Assembly: GCA_004431415.1 (NCBI GenBank)
Contig: QPMI01000626.1
Coordinates: 62,001-126,000, forward strand
Source: Cyanophora paradoxa CCMP329
Lineage: Eukaryota; Plantae; Glaucophyta
Length of the DNA: 64,000 nt
Reading direction: 5' to 3'
The notes under the pieces were generated by a model. That model did not search any database. It was not told the origin of the DNA and worked only from the letters and a program-made list of their open reading frames with translations. Within the stretch, counting starts at the first letter, position 1; the number at the start of each line of letters is the position of its first letter. Below are positions 34,430-47,167 of this stretch, piece after piece. The translations under genes were made by a program, and so were the position numbers.

Positions 34430-37377
34430 TGGGTCTAGATGATGCATGCTCGACGAATCTCGCCGTCGGGGCCCGCGAAGCGCTCCGCCGGCCTCGCGCG
34501 CGCCCTGGTGGTTTGTGCCTGGTTCTGGAGTTGCTGACGTAGTTCCCGTGCTTGGCACGCAGTTGCGCTGGTGGCTCCTTCTACATCCATCGCATGATTG
34601 AGAAGCAACGCAAGAAGAAGCCGGCCAAGAAGCCGCGGAAGAAGGCACTCTCCCGCGCGCCGCGTGTTCGCTCATTCCTGTCCTGACGCGCGTCGCGGCA
34701 CAGGACCGCACTTCCTGGAGCATCGCCGACTCTTAGAAGCGTAGATGCGTAGGTCTTTTTAAAGCAGCGTAGTCGGGGCGTGTTCTCTAAATGGGACCTG
34801 GCGCCCTCTGTCCTCGGTCGATAACGCGGCGCACGCGCGCGCCGTTGCGACTGCTCGGTCATCGCCAAACCTCCATTTCCTTCCTTCCTCGCCGCTCCGC
34901 GCTCTTTTCTCCGCACAACCCGCCACGGTCGGGGAACCGCTCGCTGGTCGGTCCGAAGACAACACGAGGCGCGCGTTCAGAAGACCGCTAAACTAAGACG
35001 CTACTACACTAAGAGTCGCCCCTAGAGTTTTGGGGCGGGCAGGCGGCGCGGCGACTAGGAGACTAGGCGAGGGACGGCAGCAGGCTGCCCATCGGAGGCA
35101 CGGAGCTGGAAGTGGAGCGGAGCAGGTCGTGGATGGACGGACGGGGCGGTTTCGAAGGCGATCCGAATGCCGCGATGGGCCGGCCAGGCGCCGCGGAGGA
35201 CGGGAGGGATGAGGGGTACGGGTGCTGCTGCGAGCCGGGCCGCGGGACGGGGGTTACGGCGGGGCTCGGCGCGGAGGGGTACATGGCCGCGGGCGCCGTC
35301 GACGCGGTGTCGGCACCGGCTGCGCGGCGGATGTCAGGGGCGCGCGACGGGGGTTGGGGTGGGGCACGGGTACGCTGCGCACGCAGAAACGCCCCCCTGG
35401 AGAGCGCGCCCAGCCGCCCCAGCTCCGTAGCCGTCGAGAGGAGGCCGCCGGGCCCTGGCGGCTCCCCAGGGAGGGGGGTATGCGCAGACGCGGAGGAGGC
35501 GGCGGAGGAGGGGGAGGAGCGGCCGCCGGGGTACGTGACCCGTGCGAGGGAGCGGCGGAAGCTGCCGGAGCTGAGGATGGATGAGGCGGAGGCGGCCGGC
35601 TCCAGGGACGGCGCTTCTTGAGGCTGCTGCTGCTGCTGCCGCCGCCGGTGTTGCCGAGAGCCGGGGCGAGACTCGCTTTCGTGGCCGGGCGCGGGGGAGG
35701 GCGAAGGGGCGGCCGCCCAGTCGCTGGCGGGCGTTCGGGCCCCGGGGGCCGCCCGCGGAGCGGAGAAGGGCGTCGGGCGGGCGGGGGTCCAAGGGGGGAA
35801 GCGGCCGGCCGGCTGGGGGGGGAAGGCGGCCCGCCGAAGGCCGCCCCGCGGGATGGGGGCGGCTCCTGGGGGGGTACGGCGGGCTTTCCGGGGGGCGGAG
35901 TGGCCCCGGGAGGTGCGGGTGCCGCGGGCACGGGCCGCCGGGAAGCGGCCCGCGCATCCGAAGCGAAGACGAAGGGTACGACGCGAGTTGCGGAAGGGGC
36001 CTGCGCGGGATTCGAGCCGCCGCCGGAAGAGAGCGGCCGGCTGCGTTGGCCGCTGCGCCGGCGGCCCCGCCGGCGCCGGCGCGGGCGGGGCGCCGCCCCC
36101 GCCAACGAACCAGTGGCCCCCGTCGGGGCTCCCTCCGCCATCGCTTCCTCTACCCCCCCGTCCGAGTCCCCGTCATCGTCAGCGCCGTCCCCGGGGGGTA
36201 CCGTAGGCTCCATGGGGACCTCGATCCGCCGCCGGGGTACAGACTCTTCGGGATTCAGCGTCGCCGCGTGCGGCTGCGGAGCTTGTCAGGGCGGCTCCGA
36301 GCGGTCTGGATAGAGGGGTACGGGGACGCACCTCAGGGGCATACTGACGCACGGCAATGGGGCGGGCGGCGGCCGGCGGCGGGATGAATTGCCGTACCCG
36401 GATCTCGGAGGTGGGCGGTTCGCGGGGGTTCAGGATGGTGGGCGTGGGGGCGAAGGTGGTGCGAGCTGTCGGGAGGGCAGTCGCTGGCTTTGAGGGGGAC
36501 GCCGGGGCGGGCAGGGCGCCTCGGGGAGGCGGGAGCGCCGAAGTGGATCGTTGGAGGCGGGGGGGCGAGCCGAAGGGGGGTAGACCCTCGTGCACGTTGG
36601 GGGGTTCTCCGGATCCCTGGGGCGGGGCGGGCTCGGCGGCGGGCCGAGGGGCCGGGCCGGGCCCGCCAAAGATGTCGCGCGGGGGCGGAGCCGGCGGCGG
36701 CGGCGGCGGCGGCCGTGCTCGCCCAAACAGAGTCTGCCGAGTCTGAGCGATTACGTCCGGCGTGCTGACGCGCGCCGGGGGCGGCTGCGGGACGTCAGCG
36801 GGGCGGGCGGCGGAGCGAGCGCGCTGCACGCCGGCGCACAGGCTGCGAGCAGGGTCGGATGCAAAAGCGTGACAATTAGCGATGGAAGACCCGCGTACCG
36901 CTTCTTTGATGGGGACGAGGGTCGTGCCTAGGTGGTGTCCCTGCCGCAGGTCCGATCGGCCGCGAGCGGGCACGAAGGGTGCGCCGCGATGCATCCAAGC
37001 TATACTCTGGGCCTGAAACAGGTCTTCCTGGCCGCGAGCACGCACCGGCTCTCCCAGCTGCCGGCCTCCCCGAGGCTTCACTATGGCCGCCCTACACACG
37101 GGGCGGTGAGCTTCTGAACGCGTTAAAGACCAAAGGACTGCAGCTAGAAGCACCTCCACTTCTCGTTCTCCTCCCGAATGCGGCTCCGACGGTCTTCGGC
37201 GGGCTGGGCCCGAGTTGAGCGTCCGGCATCGAGGTAGTCTGCACAGGAGCGGGCACGCGCAATGTAATCAACGATCCCGTTCGGAAAGAGCCAAGCTCGA
37301 GCCTCCGGCGTAGCCCGAAGTTGCTCATAGGTGCTAGCGAGCCAGCAGGCTCGGCAGAACGGACCTTGGGCCACCAT
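34430..37377 (-). CDS. Hypothetical Pro/Ala-rich, probably disordered protein
   Basis: Long open stretches (36179-37159, 35254-36213) and MVAQGPFCRACWLASTYEQLRATPEARAWLFPNG at 37377. No known domain; exon structure and stop are unresolved. Confidence 0.35.
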
Positions 37378-37891
37378 GAGAGAGCCCGAGCTCGGATTTT
37401 AGCCTGGAGCCATCTCTACTTCTGGCCGCCGAGGGTCTAGGTCTGGCGCAGCAGTGCAGCTACAGTTTCTTTGGTGTATCCCCCCAGTCGCAGCTTGTCA
37501 GCTTGAATGCCGGCGCCAGCTTCAAGCTTGCCAGCTTGATCATGATCATGGCCGCGGCCGCTTCCGCGTGCGCGCAACTGCAACGCGGCGCGCGGCGCCC
37601 GCGGCCCGGCGCCGCGGCCGGCGGCCGGCGCGCCGCGGCGCGCGCGCCGCGCGCATGCATGCGCACTGCGGCACAGTATTGGAGCTAGCTAAAGCGCAGC
37701 TGCAGGAAGGCCGCCGGCGCCGGGGGTACAGCCGCGCGAGTGGCACTAGTACTAGTACTGAGTCATGATCAAGCTTTTAAGCCTTGAAGCCGCGCGCGAC
37801 CCGGCCGCCCATCATGGCATATAACTTGTCGATAATATGATAAATTCAAATAGATTCGATAACAACGTGGCAATACGTATACCAATACTAG

Positions 37892-40800
37892 TGTGCCGCC
37901 CACTTTCCGACTCCGATCCCAGCTAGCCCTGGTCGTCGGTTCTAAGCCGGCAGCTTGCCTTGCCTTGTACCCTTTGTAGCCTGCTATTCCTGGTGCCACG
38001 TTGTTGCCAACTGGCCCGCTTATTTTAGCCCTGGGCCCTCGCTTGCCCCGCGCGGCGCTCGCTTGCTGTCCTTGCCAGATCTGTCTTTGTTCTCTCTGTC
38101 TTACTATCTGTCTTACGCTGGCTCTGCGCCTGCTGTGTACGTAATGGCACCCGCTTGCCGCCGCCCTACGGTGCCGTACGGGCCTGTCCCTCTCTGCTTG
38201 GGGCGCCTCTGGCCTAGCCAACTGCTTAGCGCATCCCGCTCAGCGCATGGGGGCTGCTGCGTTGGGCTTCGACTTTTTAGCTCGTATGCCTGGGGACGAA
38301 CGCTGCGCTCTTGCCCGAACCCTGGACAACCACGCCATCGTTTGCCTTCAAGGCTTGGCTTGCGCGTACGGCCTCCACTCTCTTGTAGTGGAAGCGCCTA
38401 TGCGGCAGAGCTTAGCAATACGAACCGCATGGTTCATGCCTTAAGCTTTCCACCCGCCACTGCGCCTTTCTTGCTTACGGACCTGGCGCACCACTCTTTC
38501 TGTAGTGGGAAGCGTCCGCCAACCCGTCTATTGAGCCGCATGCGCTCACAGTCATCTAAACGTGCCGTGGCTGCGCTCAAGAACAGATGCTGATGCAGCC
38601 CGCGCGCATGTCGAATGAAACTGTATTGTATTGTATCGAGAGACGACGCCACAACGTACTACTAAATGTATTGTATGTGGAGCAACACCCTCTACATCTA
38701 CACACGTCGTCATAACGATCGAATTGCGTGTTGACGCCGATCGAATGATGATCTTCTTGTCGTTATGGCCTGTCGTTTCTTCTCTGGTCCACGTACAGTG
38801 AGACATATGATGATAAAAGATACCTGGATGAGTATTCTTCACAAACATACCAAACATACCTTCTTCTCGTCGTCGTCTCGTTTTGTCGAGTCGCCAGCAT
38901 GCTCGTGACATGCCAGGCTCGCCAGGCAGCTATGAAGCGCCGGTCAATCAATCTTTTCTCTCTGCAGAAAGTACAGAGTCAGCCCGCCAAGACGTGAATG
39001 CCCTGGGATAACATGGCCCCAGTCCGCGCCCGAGGTCTCACCTACGACGGCTGCGATGGCACCTCCGGCTAGCCCGAGGCACGCTCAATGGTGGCCGAGT
39101 GTATCTGAAGAACGCATGGAGTCAAACCGCTGCGACGTGAAAGCCCCTGGGATAACATGGCCCAGTACGCGCCCGAGGTCTTACCTACGACGGCTGCTGT
39201 GGCGCCTGCGGACCTCCCGAGGCACGCTCAGCGGCGGCTCCACTTGACTCCACCTGCATCCAGAGGACGTGCGGCTCCGCGTCTCTCTCGGCTCTGCGGG
39301 TTGCGTACGCGTCAGTGGAAGCCGGCGCAGCTCCACTTGACAGCGATCTCTATGCGAGGAAGCGCATCTATCTGTTGTCCAGTCTACCGTGCGCGCTGTC
39401 GCACCGAGAAGGCAGACAAGATGCCAAGACCTTGCCCTGGCTCCGACGACGTAGCTGCCTTCTCCGGGACGTCCAGCTCGTCAAGCCAGATGTCAGTCGC
39501 TTCACGCACATCTCAAGCGTGAGCGGACTGTCGTTTTCTTTCCTGTCGTGGGCGTTTGATCAGCGACCGAGGCCTGTTCAGCGGGCGGAGGTCTGACCGA
39601 GGCCTGTCCAGCGGGCGAAGGTCAACAGAAGCGTAAAGGATGCGCTCTGGAACGTCCTACGACGACGTGAGCAGCCATAGCTAAAGTTGGACGGCGGACA
39701 GCGGACCTATCTGTTGAGGAGCGTCAGCAAGCAGCACTGGGTGATGCCCGCGACCAGTCTTCACGTTCGCGCGTCGACTGCGTCGGCCCGTCGGGTGATT
39801 CCCGTGCATCGGTTGAACCTGGCAGCTGGGTGATGCCAGCTGGACGCCAGCGCTGTTTCGGTCTGCTTAGCTGTGGGTGATTCCACGCTGACCAAGCCAA
39901 CACGCACCGGCGCTCTAGTCCGGGTGATTCCGACCAAGCCTCCGCTTGCGACTCTCCGCTGCTGAGAGGTCCATACGTCTTGCCTACGACTATCACGCGA
40001 GCACCGATGAGCATTCCGGGCCGCGCTGATGCTGTCTCTTGTCCCGCGATGGTGGCCTGCCTAAGCCCCGGCTACGCGCTGCATCAGCGTATGCCGGCGG
40101 ACTCGATGGCTGTATCCGTGGTTTGCCATCCCGTCTGATCGCGGAGGATCCTTGGCGATGGGTCTGTATGATGCGACCAGTGGCCTGCTGCTGCTGTGGA
40201 GCCTGACCCCGTACGACTGGCTCGCCGCCTCTACTCTTCATGGCTTGCCTGCTCTACGCGTACGCGGCTGCACACGCTACTGTGCTGTCCGATCGCCCCG
40301 CCTCGTGACTCCGCTGGCCGAGTCACTTGGCGCCGCCATGCGGCAAGCTGCGCCGAGCTGGGCCCGCAACGCGTACTCTGCCGCTGCGGCTCTGCTGATC
40401 GAGCCTGCGGTCCTACACTTCTCCATCTACACTCTACACTTCTACACTGTGGAACTTTCGACCCGGCGCCGCCGCAGCCGGCGGCTCGCGCGGTGCGGCG
40501 CCGGCTTCGAATTCGAGCTTAGTGCTAGCGCTAGCACTCGTTTTCCCCTCCGGCGGGATTTAGAGGGTTTGCCCCGGTTGGCTGGCGGCGCTCCGCGCGC
40601 TCTGGCGTCAGGTCGTGGGTCCCTCACCCTACTTTCCTTGTTGGGCCCAGTTCCTCATACTGGTGCGACGGCCTGATGGATTTTAATTTGCCCCTCTGGC
40701 CCGCCCGCTGTGGCGCCGAGGACGGCTTTCTGTGCAGGGACGGTAGCCGGCTTTTGGCTCGTAGTCCGTTAACGTTCAGCCTCGCCTACGTAGCTTTAGT

Positions 40801-41206
40801 TCAGCCTTTAGCTCGTAGCGCCGAGGACGGCTTTTTGTAGCGGGAAGCGTGTGCCGCCCACTTTCCGACTCCGATCCCAGCTAGCCCTGGTCGTCGGTTC
40901 TAAGCCGGCAGCTTGCCTTGCCTTGTACCCTTTGTAGCCTGCTATTCCTGGTGCCACGTTGTTGCCAACTGGCCCGCTTATTTTAGCCCTGGGCCCTCGC
41001 TTGCCCCGCGCGGCGCTCGCTTGCTGTCCTTGCCAGATCTGTCTTTGTTCTCTCTGTCTTACTATCTGTCTTACGCTGGCTCTGCGCCTGCTGTGTACGT
41101 AATGGCACCCGCTTGCCGCCGCCCTACGGTGCCGTACGGGCCTGTCCCTCTCTGCTTGGGGCGCCTCTGGGCCTAGCCAACTGCTTAGCGCATCCCGCTC
41201 AGCGCA
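37892..41206 (+). mobile_element. Non-autonomous LTR retrotransposon (Ty3/Gypsy-like signals), 3.3 kb, recent insertion
   Basis: LTRs 37892-38247 and 40850-41206 run TG...CA and differ by one 1-nt indel. 4-bp TSD CTAG at 37888-37891 and 41207-41210. PBS TGGGGGCT (38248-38255) is complementary to the eukaryotic tRNA-Pro 3' end. A GCCG-AGGA-CGGC hairpin, T run and purine-rich AGCGGGAAGCG precede the 3' LTR. No gag/pol ORF seen. Confidence 0.92.
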
Positions 41207-41509
41207 CTAGTGATGTCACCGCGGTAGATACCGTATACGTAGTACCGCATGCGCAGCGCGCGACCGGCGCCGCGGGTCGCCGCGGGGCCGGGCGCGGCTG
41301 CGCCGTGGCACCGCCGCCAGAACGGCTATGGTGGGAACGACTCCGGGAACAAGTAGAAATATATGTTCGCCTGCGAGCGGGGGCGGGTACCGGTCACAAA
41401 CGTCGGGGGGGAGGGCGCAGACGATAAAGGCCTAGGCATGCGCGTGTATGCGCACCTGGCGATAGATGCCGAGGAATGATATCGAGGTGCAGGCCGGCTA
41501 AGGCTACGG

Positions 41510-42939
41510 CTACGGCGGGAACGACTCCGGGAAGAGGTAGAAGTATATGTTCGCCTGCGCCGGGGGTGGGGTGGGGGGGGAGGGGGGGGGTATCGGTCGC
41601 AATGAGCCAGCGGTTCAGCGGTCCCCAGGCGGGGTGGGGTACCTGGCGATAGATGCCGAGAAAGGATATCGAGGTGCAGGCCATGAAGGTCATGGCAAGC
41701 AGGCCCGCGTTGTCTCTGCCGGGGTGGGATGGGGCCGGATCATCATCACGAGAGTATGAGATCTAGAGACGGGACGGAGAGAGGAGCCGCGGTGGCGCCG
41801 CGGCGCCGGGCGAACCGAAGGAATCGCCAGGACGAAGTGAAGGCGAACCGGTCCTTCAGGCGAGGGAAGAGAAGGGCCGCGACGTGCAGAGCCACAACGA
41901 TGGCCCCGTTGACGCCGGCGGTGAGGAGCGAGAAGGTCAGCGCCGAGGCGCACCTGTCCTCCGCAGCTTGAGCTTTACTCATTTTATTCCGGCGCGGCCC
42001 TATAGCTATCATGGTATTTATTGTATATTATCATGGGGCGAGGAGCTAAAGGCGGGCGCCGGGGCGCACGCAGCCTCGTCGAAGGTGGCCGGCGAGTAGG
42101 GGAACGACGCGGCCCCGGGGCCCCAGCGCGCCACCGCGACCACTGCGACGAAAACCACGGCGGCCACCCAGGAGACGACGGCTTGCCAGAGTATCATCGA
42201 GCTGCGGAGAGCGGAGTGGTCGAAAAGGGCGGGGGGGAAGGGAGGAGGGGGTACCGGATGCCGGTCTGGACGTTGTAGACCCACAGGTCCTCCCCCGCAC
42301 CCCCCCCATCGCCCCCGTACCCCCCCTCTTCCTCTTCCGATTCCGAGGGCCGGGGCGTCCCCCCCTCGAGGGGGCGGACTTCCACTCTGCTGGCGCTCCC
42401 GTCCGGATCCGGATTCGGACCCGGCGCGACGTCGACGTCGACGTCGACGTCCTTGCTCGAGGGATCCGGGGGCGCGCGGCCGTCCGATGATGAAGGGGCC
42501 GAGCTGGCTGCAGCTGGCGGTGGCGGATCCGGGTCGGATCCGGAGGAGAAGGCGGGGCCGGGATCCGGATCCGGACCGGCGCTGGGGCCTGCAGCTGCAG
42601 GGGCCGAGAGGCGGCGGAGCCAGGCAACCACGCGGCGGGCGACGGGGCGGGCGACGCGGCGGGCGAGGAGAGAGACGGGTACGAGGAGGAAGAGAATGTC
42701 CGAAGCGAGGGAGACGAGGTACACGGCGACGGACTGGACCTGGATTAAGACCGAGATCGAAAGTAAGGACCGGATCTAAATATAGCTGCGAGGGGGTACC
42801 CCAATACCTGAAAGTAGGAGAGCATGCGGAAGACCCGCACTGCGAGCCTGCTCGAGCACGCATTCGATCATGCGCGGTCGTGGGTGGCCAGGGGGGAGGA
42901 GGGGGGGGGGGGAGGGGGAGCGAGCGGAGGGGGAGCGAG

Positions 42940-42970
<31 letters not shown>

Positions 42971-45070
42971 CTGAGCGGAATCTAGCGCTAGGGAAGTCTT
43001 AAAGGGCGCCGGTCGCGGCTGGGCCCGCGGCGTCGGTGGAGGACCGTGTTGTGGTCTGTGTGTAGCAGCATGCCGGCCTAGCTAAGCATGTCATGATCAG
43101 CCGGCCTTATCCTACTAGGGCCTGGGTCGGTCGCGGCCGGGCCCTGTGGTGGCGGCGGGCTCCGGGGTGGCCGGGCCCAGGGGGGGGGGGGGGGGGGGGG
43201 GGGGGTAGGGGTCGCGCACAGCATGGTGAGGCCTGGAGGACGGCGGCGTCGCCGTGGGGCAGGGCGGCGGCGAGGGACCGCCCGAAGGCCCGCAGCTGGA
43301 GCAGGACGACGAGGTGGGCGAGGTCAGAGCCGGGCCCGGGGACGAGGGGGCCCTCCTTCGGGACCCCTAGCTAGCTAGGCCTCCGAACTTCGGGGCGGGG
43401 CGGGGCGGGGCGGGGCGGGCGGGGCGGGCGGGGCGGGGCGTGCTGGAGCAGGACGATGACATAGCAGACCGAGGAGCTCGTCGCGTTGATGAGGACCTGC
43501 GGGTCCGGGCGCTCGCTAAAATTCGGGGGAAACTGCGGCGTGTCTGCAGGCCTAGGGCTAGAACGCGGACGGGGCGGGGCGGAGCGGCCGCCGCGGCGCT
43601 GCACTGAAGGCGGGGCGGGGCGGGTCGGGGCGGGGGCGGGGGGCAGAGAAGGGGGGGGGGGGGGGGGGTCGGACCTGAACGACCGAGGCGCGAGCAATGG
43701 AGAAGAGGTAGAGGTAGACGTAGAGGACGAAGATGATGAGCATGTTGACGGCCTGCCGGCGCGCGCCCCGTGCCCGTGCCCGGTGTCAATACGCATGTTA
43801 TGTTATGTTGCGCTCAGCAAGCTATGCGCGCGTGCGCGTGCCCCGGCCGGGCCGGGCCGGTCACGCTCTATCCATCGGAGCCGGAGCCGGGGCGCGCTTG
43901 CCACACCTGAAGCTTTCCAAAGGTGGCCAGGGCGCGGCCGGGGTCTGCGGGGCCCGCCTCGGGCCCAGGCGGCCCGCGCCCGGGCCCGCGCCCGAGCCCG
44001 GGGCCCGTGGCTTCGCTGGCCAGGACTGCCTCCGGGTGGACCGGGGCGGATCGCCGGGCGATGAGGCGGGCGTGTAGGCGGGCGCAGATTTGGTTGGCGA
44101 GAACGAGGTAGAAGAGGCAGAAGACGTAGCCGAAGGGCACGCCCGAGACTGCGCAAGGGCGGCGTTCACGCGTGGGCGTGCGTGTGGGGCGCGCGCGCGC
44201 TCGCGCGCACGGTCGATCGCGGCGTTGGTGGCTGCGAAGAGGACGGGGGCGCAGACGACGAAGAAGGAGAAGTAGGAGGGGACGATGCGGCGGGGCGGGC
44301 GGCGCAGGAGGACGGAGAAGAGGACGCTCGAGTTCCCCGCGGCGCCGATGCTGCCCGCGAAGCCGAAGAGAAGGGAGCGGGCGACACGGTTCTCGACGGA
44401 GTGGTACGGGAGGCCGAACTGGAGGGCAGCGGCCGCCGCGGGGCCCGCCGTTATGATAGCGAGGGCCCGTGCGTTGGCCCAGAAGCCGCCCGCACCGCCC
44501 GAGCCGGCGGGGGCGGCGGCGGCGGCGGCGGCCGGAAGCGAAGGGGCCGAAGGCGGCTGGGGGCTCGGTCCCGCTTCTAGGGCGCCCCGGAGGAGCCGCC
44601 AGAAGGCGCGGGACTCTTCGGCGGGGCCGACGTCGCCGTCGGCGTCGGAGTCGGCGGCCGCGGGCGTGGCGGGCGGCGTCGCCCTCGCCGCCAACGCGGC
44701 GCGCGCGCGCGGCCGCGGCTCCTCATCGGGATCGTGATCCCCGCGCTCGCTGGCGCTCCGCCGCCGCGCCCGCAGGCCGGCGCCGATGTCGATCGGAGGG
44801 CCGCCCGCGGGGATCTGCGCATGCATCCGCGGCGACGTGTCGTTCAGCGGGACGTAAGACACGACCGCACGCCCTGCAGCTGGCGAAGGGGCCGCGGCCG
44901 CCAGCGCTTCCTGTCGCGCGCGCGTTCGTTGAGAAGCTTGAGGGCGCGACCGGGCGCCAGCGCACGCGCACCGGGTCCGCGGCCGCGGCTGGATCTGCTG
45001 GATGTGCATGTGGATCGTCGCGGGGATGCGCGGTGGGATGCGCGGGCGACTGTGGATGGATGATATACAT
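41510..45070 (-). CDS. Unknown multi-pass membrane protein, copy A
   Basis: MYIIHPQSP..ADP|EALAAAAP.., many hydrophobic segments (ALAIITAGPAAAAALQFGLPY, VPFGYVFCLFYLVLA, MLIIFVLYVYLYLFSIA, VAVYLVSLASDILFLLVPV, MILWQAVVSWVAAVVFVAVV), ends ANIYFYLFPESFPP*. One donor near 43444 lacks a base relative to copy B. Confidence 0.7.
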
Positions 45071-45451
45071 GCGGGCATGTGCAACGCCTCAAGCGCAGTC
45101 GGTCACTCCGCATCGGAGCGCAGCTGTGCCCGATTCGAGCCACCCCCGGAGCCATTTAGGTGGTCTGCGCAAGCATATGAGATCAATCGGATCAAAGAAA
45201 GACTCGACGCATGATCGTGCGCGGGCTCGGTGACGCCGGGCGAGGCGACCCGCAGGCGCATTATACGCAGAGCGGCGCTGAAAAGCTCACCTCGGGGCGC
45301 CATCCTAGAGAGCGCTCTGAACAAGAGCTACCGGTACTGGTAGGCTGGATCCAGGGATCCGTGCATCCTCTCCACTCGGGCAGTTATACGGTATCCCCCG
45401 GGCTACACTGCGGCGTCACTGCCGCACTGCGTTGTCACTGCCTGACCGCCC

Positions 45452-47167
45452 ATGGACGGCGCCGGCGGCTCGGCCGGGGACGACTTCATAGGCGTGCACT
45501 GGGACGTGCTGGAGGCGCGTTTGAATCCCGCTGAGGCGGCCCGGGCGCGCACAGCCGCTGAACTCCGCGCAGGGCGAGGACGGGGGCGAGGAGGCGATCG
45601 GCGAGCGCCACATCGCCGAGTACTCCATCCCGAGCCTGCCGCGACCCGTGCGGGTAAACCAGGCGCGCCGCAGCCCCGCCGCGAGCTCGAGCGCGAAGTG
45701 AAGCTCGCTCGCCCCGCTGATCATGAGCGCGCGCCGGGCGCAGAACCCCGCCAAGGGCATTGCGTTCGCCGTGTGGAACGCGGGGACGGTGCTCGGCGCG
45801 TACCTCGCGGAGATGAAGCAGCGCGCGCTCCGCGAGACCGGCGCGAGCGCCTTCGAGGGACGGCGGGTCGTGGAGGTCGGCGCTGGCACCGGGATCACCG
45901 GGCTCGCTTGCGGAATGCTCGGTAGGCTCCCGCGCTCTGCTGCGCCCGCGCGCCCGCGCCCTGAGCTCAAGCCGCCCCGCCGCCCCGCAGGCGCGCACGT
46001 CACGCTTACCGACCGGGACCCCGTGCTACCCCTCCTGCGGGCGAACGTCGAGGCGAACGGTCTCCAGGACCGGGTCTCCGCGGCCGCACTGAACTGGTCC
46101 GCGTCGCGCCCCGCCCGCCCCTCGCTGCCCTGCCCTCAGGCCCTCCAGCTAGCTTCGAACTGAGCCAACTGGACTGCTTAGGGGCGACGCCCAGGGCGCG
46201 CGGGAGGTCCGCGGCGCCCGCCCCGTCGACTACGTCGTCATGGCCGACGCGCGTACCCCCGGGCGCTTCACACCCCCCCCCCCGAACTAAACTCGTACCC
46301 CCCAGGTCCTGTACCTAGAGGAGGCGTTCGACGATCTGCTCGCGACGCTGCGGGACCTCTGCGACGGTAACCCCCGCGCCGTCGTCCTCAACTGCTACCA
46401 GGCGCGCATGCGTGTACCCCCCAAACCTCCAGCTACACATACCCCCGCTGAGTCCCCCCCCCCCCTGCTCCCGCAGGAGAGGAGGGGGGAGCCGGGATTC
46501 TTCGAAAGGGCCGCCCGCCACTTCGATGTCGAGGAGGTGCGGCTCCGGCCTCTGTCTGATCTTCTTAGATGCCGTACCCCCCGCCCCGCTTGAGTGCCGG
46601 AGGGGTCTTTCTTTCAGGTCCCCCCCCCCCCTCCCTTCCCTTTCCTCCCCTCCCGTACCCCCCCTGCGCCCTTCCAGCTGGGTGGGAATTCTGGGGGTAC
46701 GACCTTCCAGCTGCTCAAAGAAACGGGGCTTCTTGCCCCACCCCCCGCCCCCCCCCCCCCCCCCCCCTCTCCTCTTTCTTCCGCCCCGCCTCCCCGCTTC
46801 CCTTCCCCACCCTCCCTCATCCGAACACGACAGCTTTCTTCCCCCACCTCCCCCCCCCCCCCCCCCCCCCTTCCGCTCCCGCTCACGCCGCCGCTCCGCT
46901 CGCGGGCCGCAGGTGAGCGACGCGGAGGCGCTGGCGGCGCACAGGCACGAGCGTCCAGGGACGGCCCTGCACATCCACAGGCTCACGCCGCGGCCCGGCG
47001 CGCCCGGTTACAGTATGGATGTTGGATGTAAATTAAGCGTCTCGCATGCTCCAGGCAAGCGCCGGGCCCTGGGAACCCGGGCTGCAGTCGAATTCGATCC
47101 TGGGCACACACCCATGCCTCCACGTGCGCGGGCATCAACAGGCTATGTTCGTTTGATGTTTATCTGA
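45452..47167 (+). CDS. METTL21/EFM-like (Methyltransf_16) protein-lysine methyltransferase, copy A, with read-through C-terminal extension
   Basis: GIAFAVWNAGTVL, RRVVEVGAGTGITGL (motif I), VTLTDRDPVLPLLRANVEAN, ALNW|G, DYVVMAD|VLY (DxxY motif). The stop present in copy B is missing. Confidence 0.88.

Noticed and set aside
37892-38247. Retrozyme (hammerhead ribozyme in the LTR), suggested by LTR size and the 4-bp TSD
   Set aside because: No CTGANGA...GAAA core found by eye on either strand of these LTRs or of the 260-bp repeats. An Infernal search would be needed to exclude other ribozymes.
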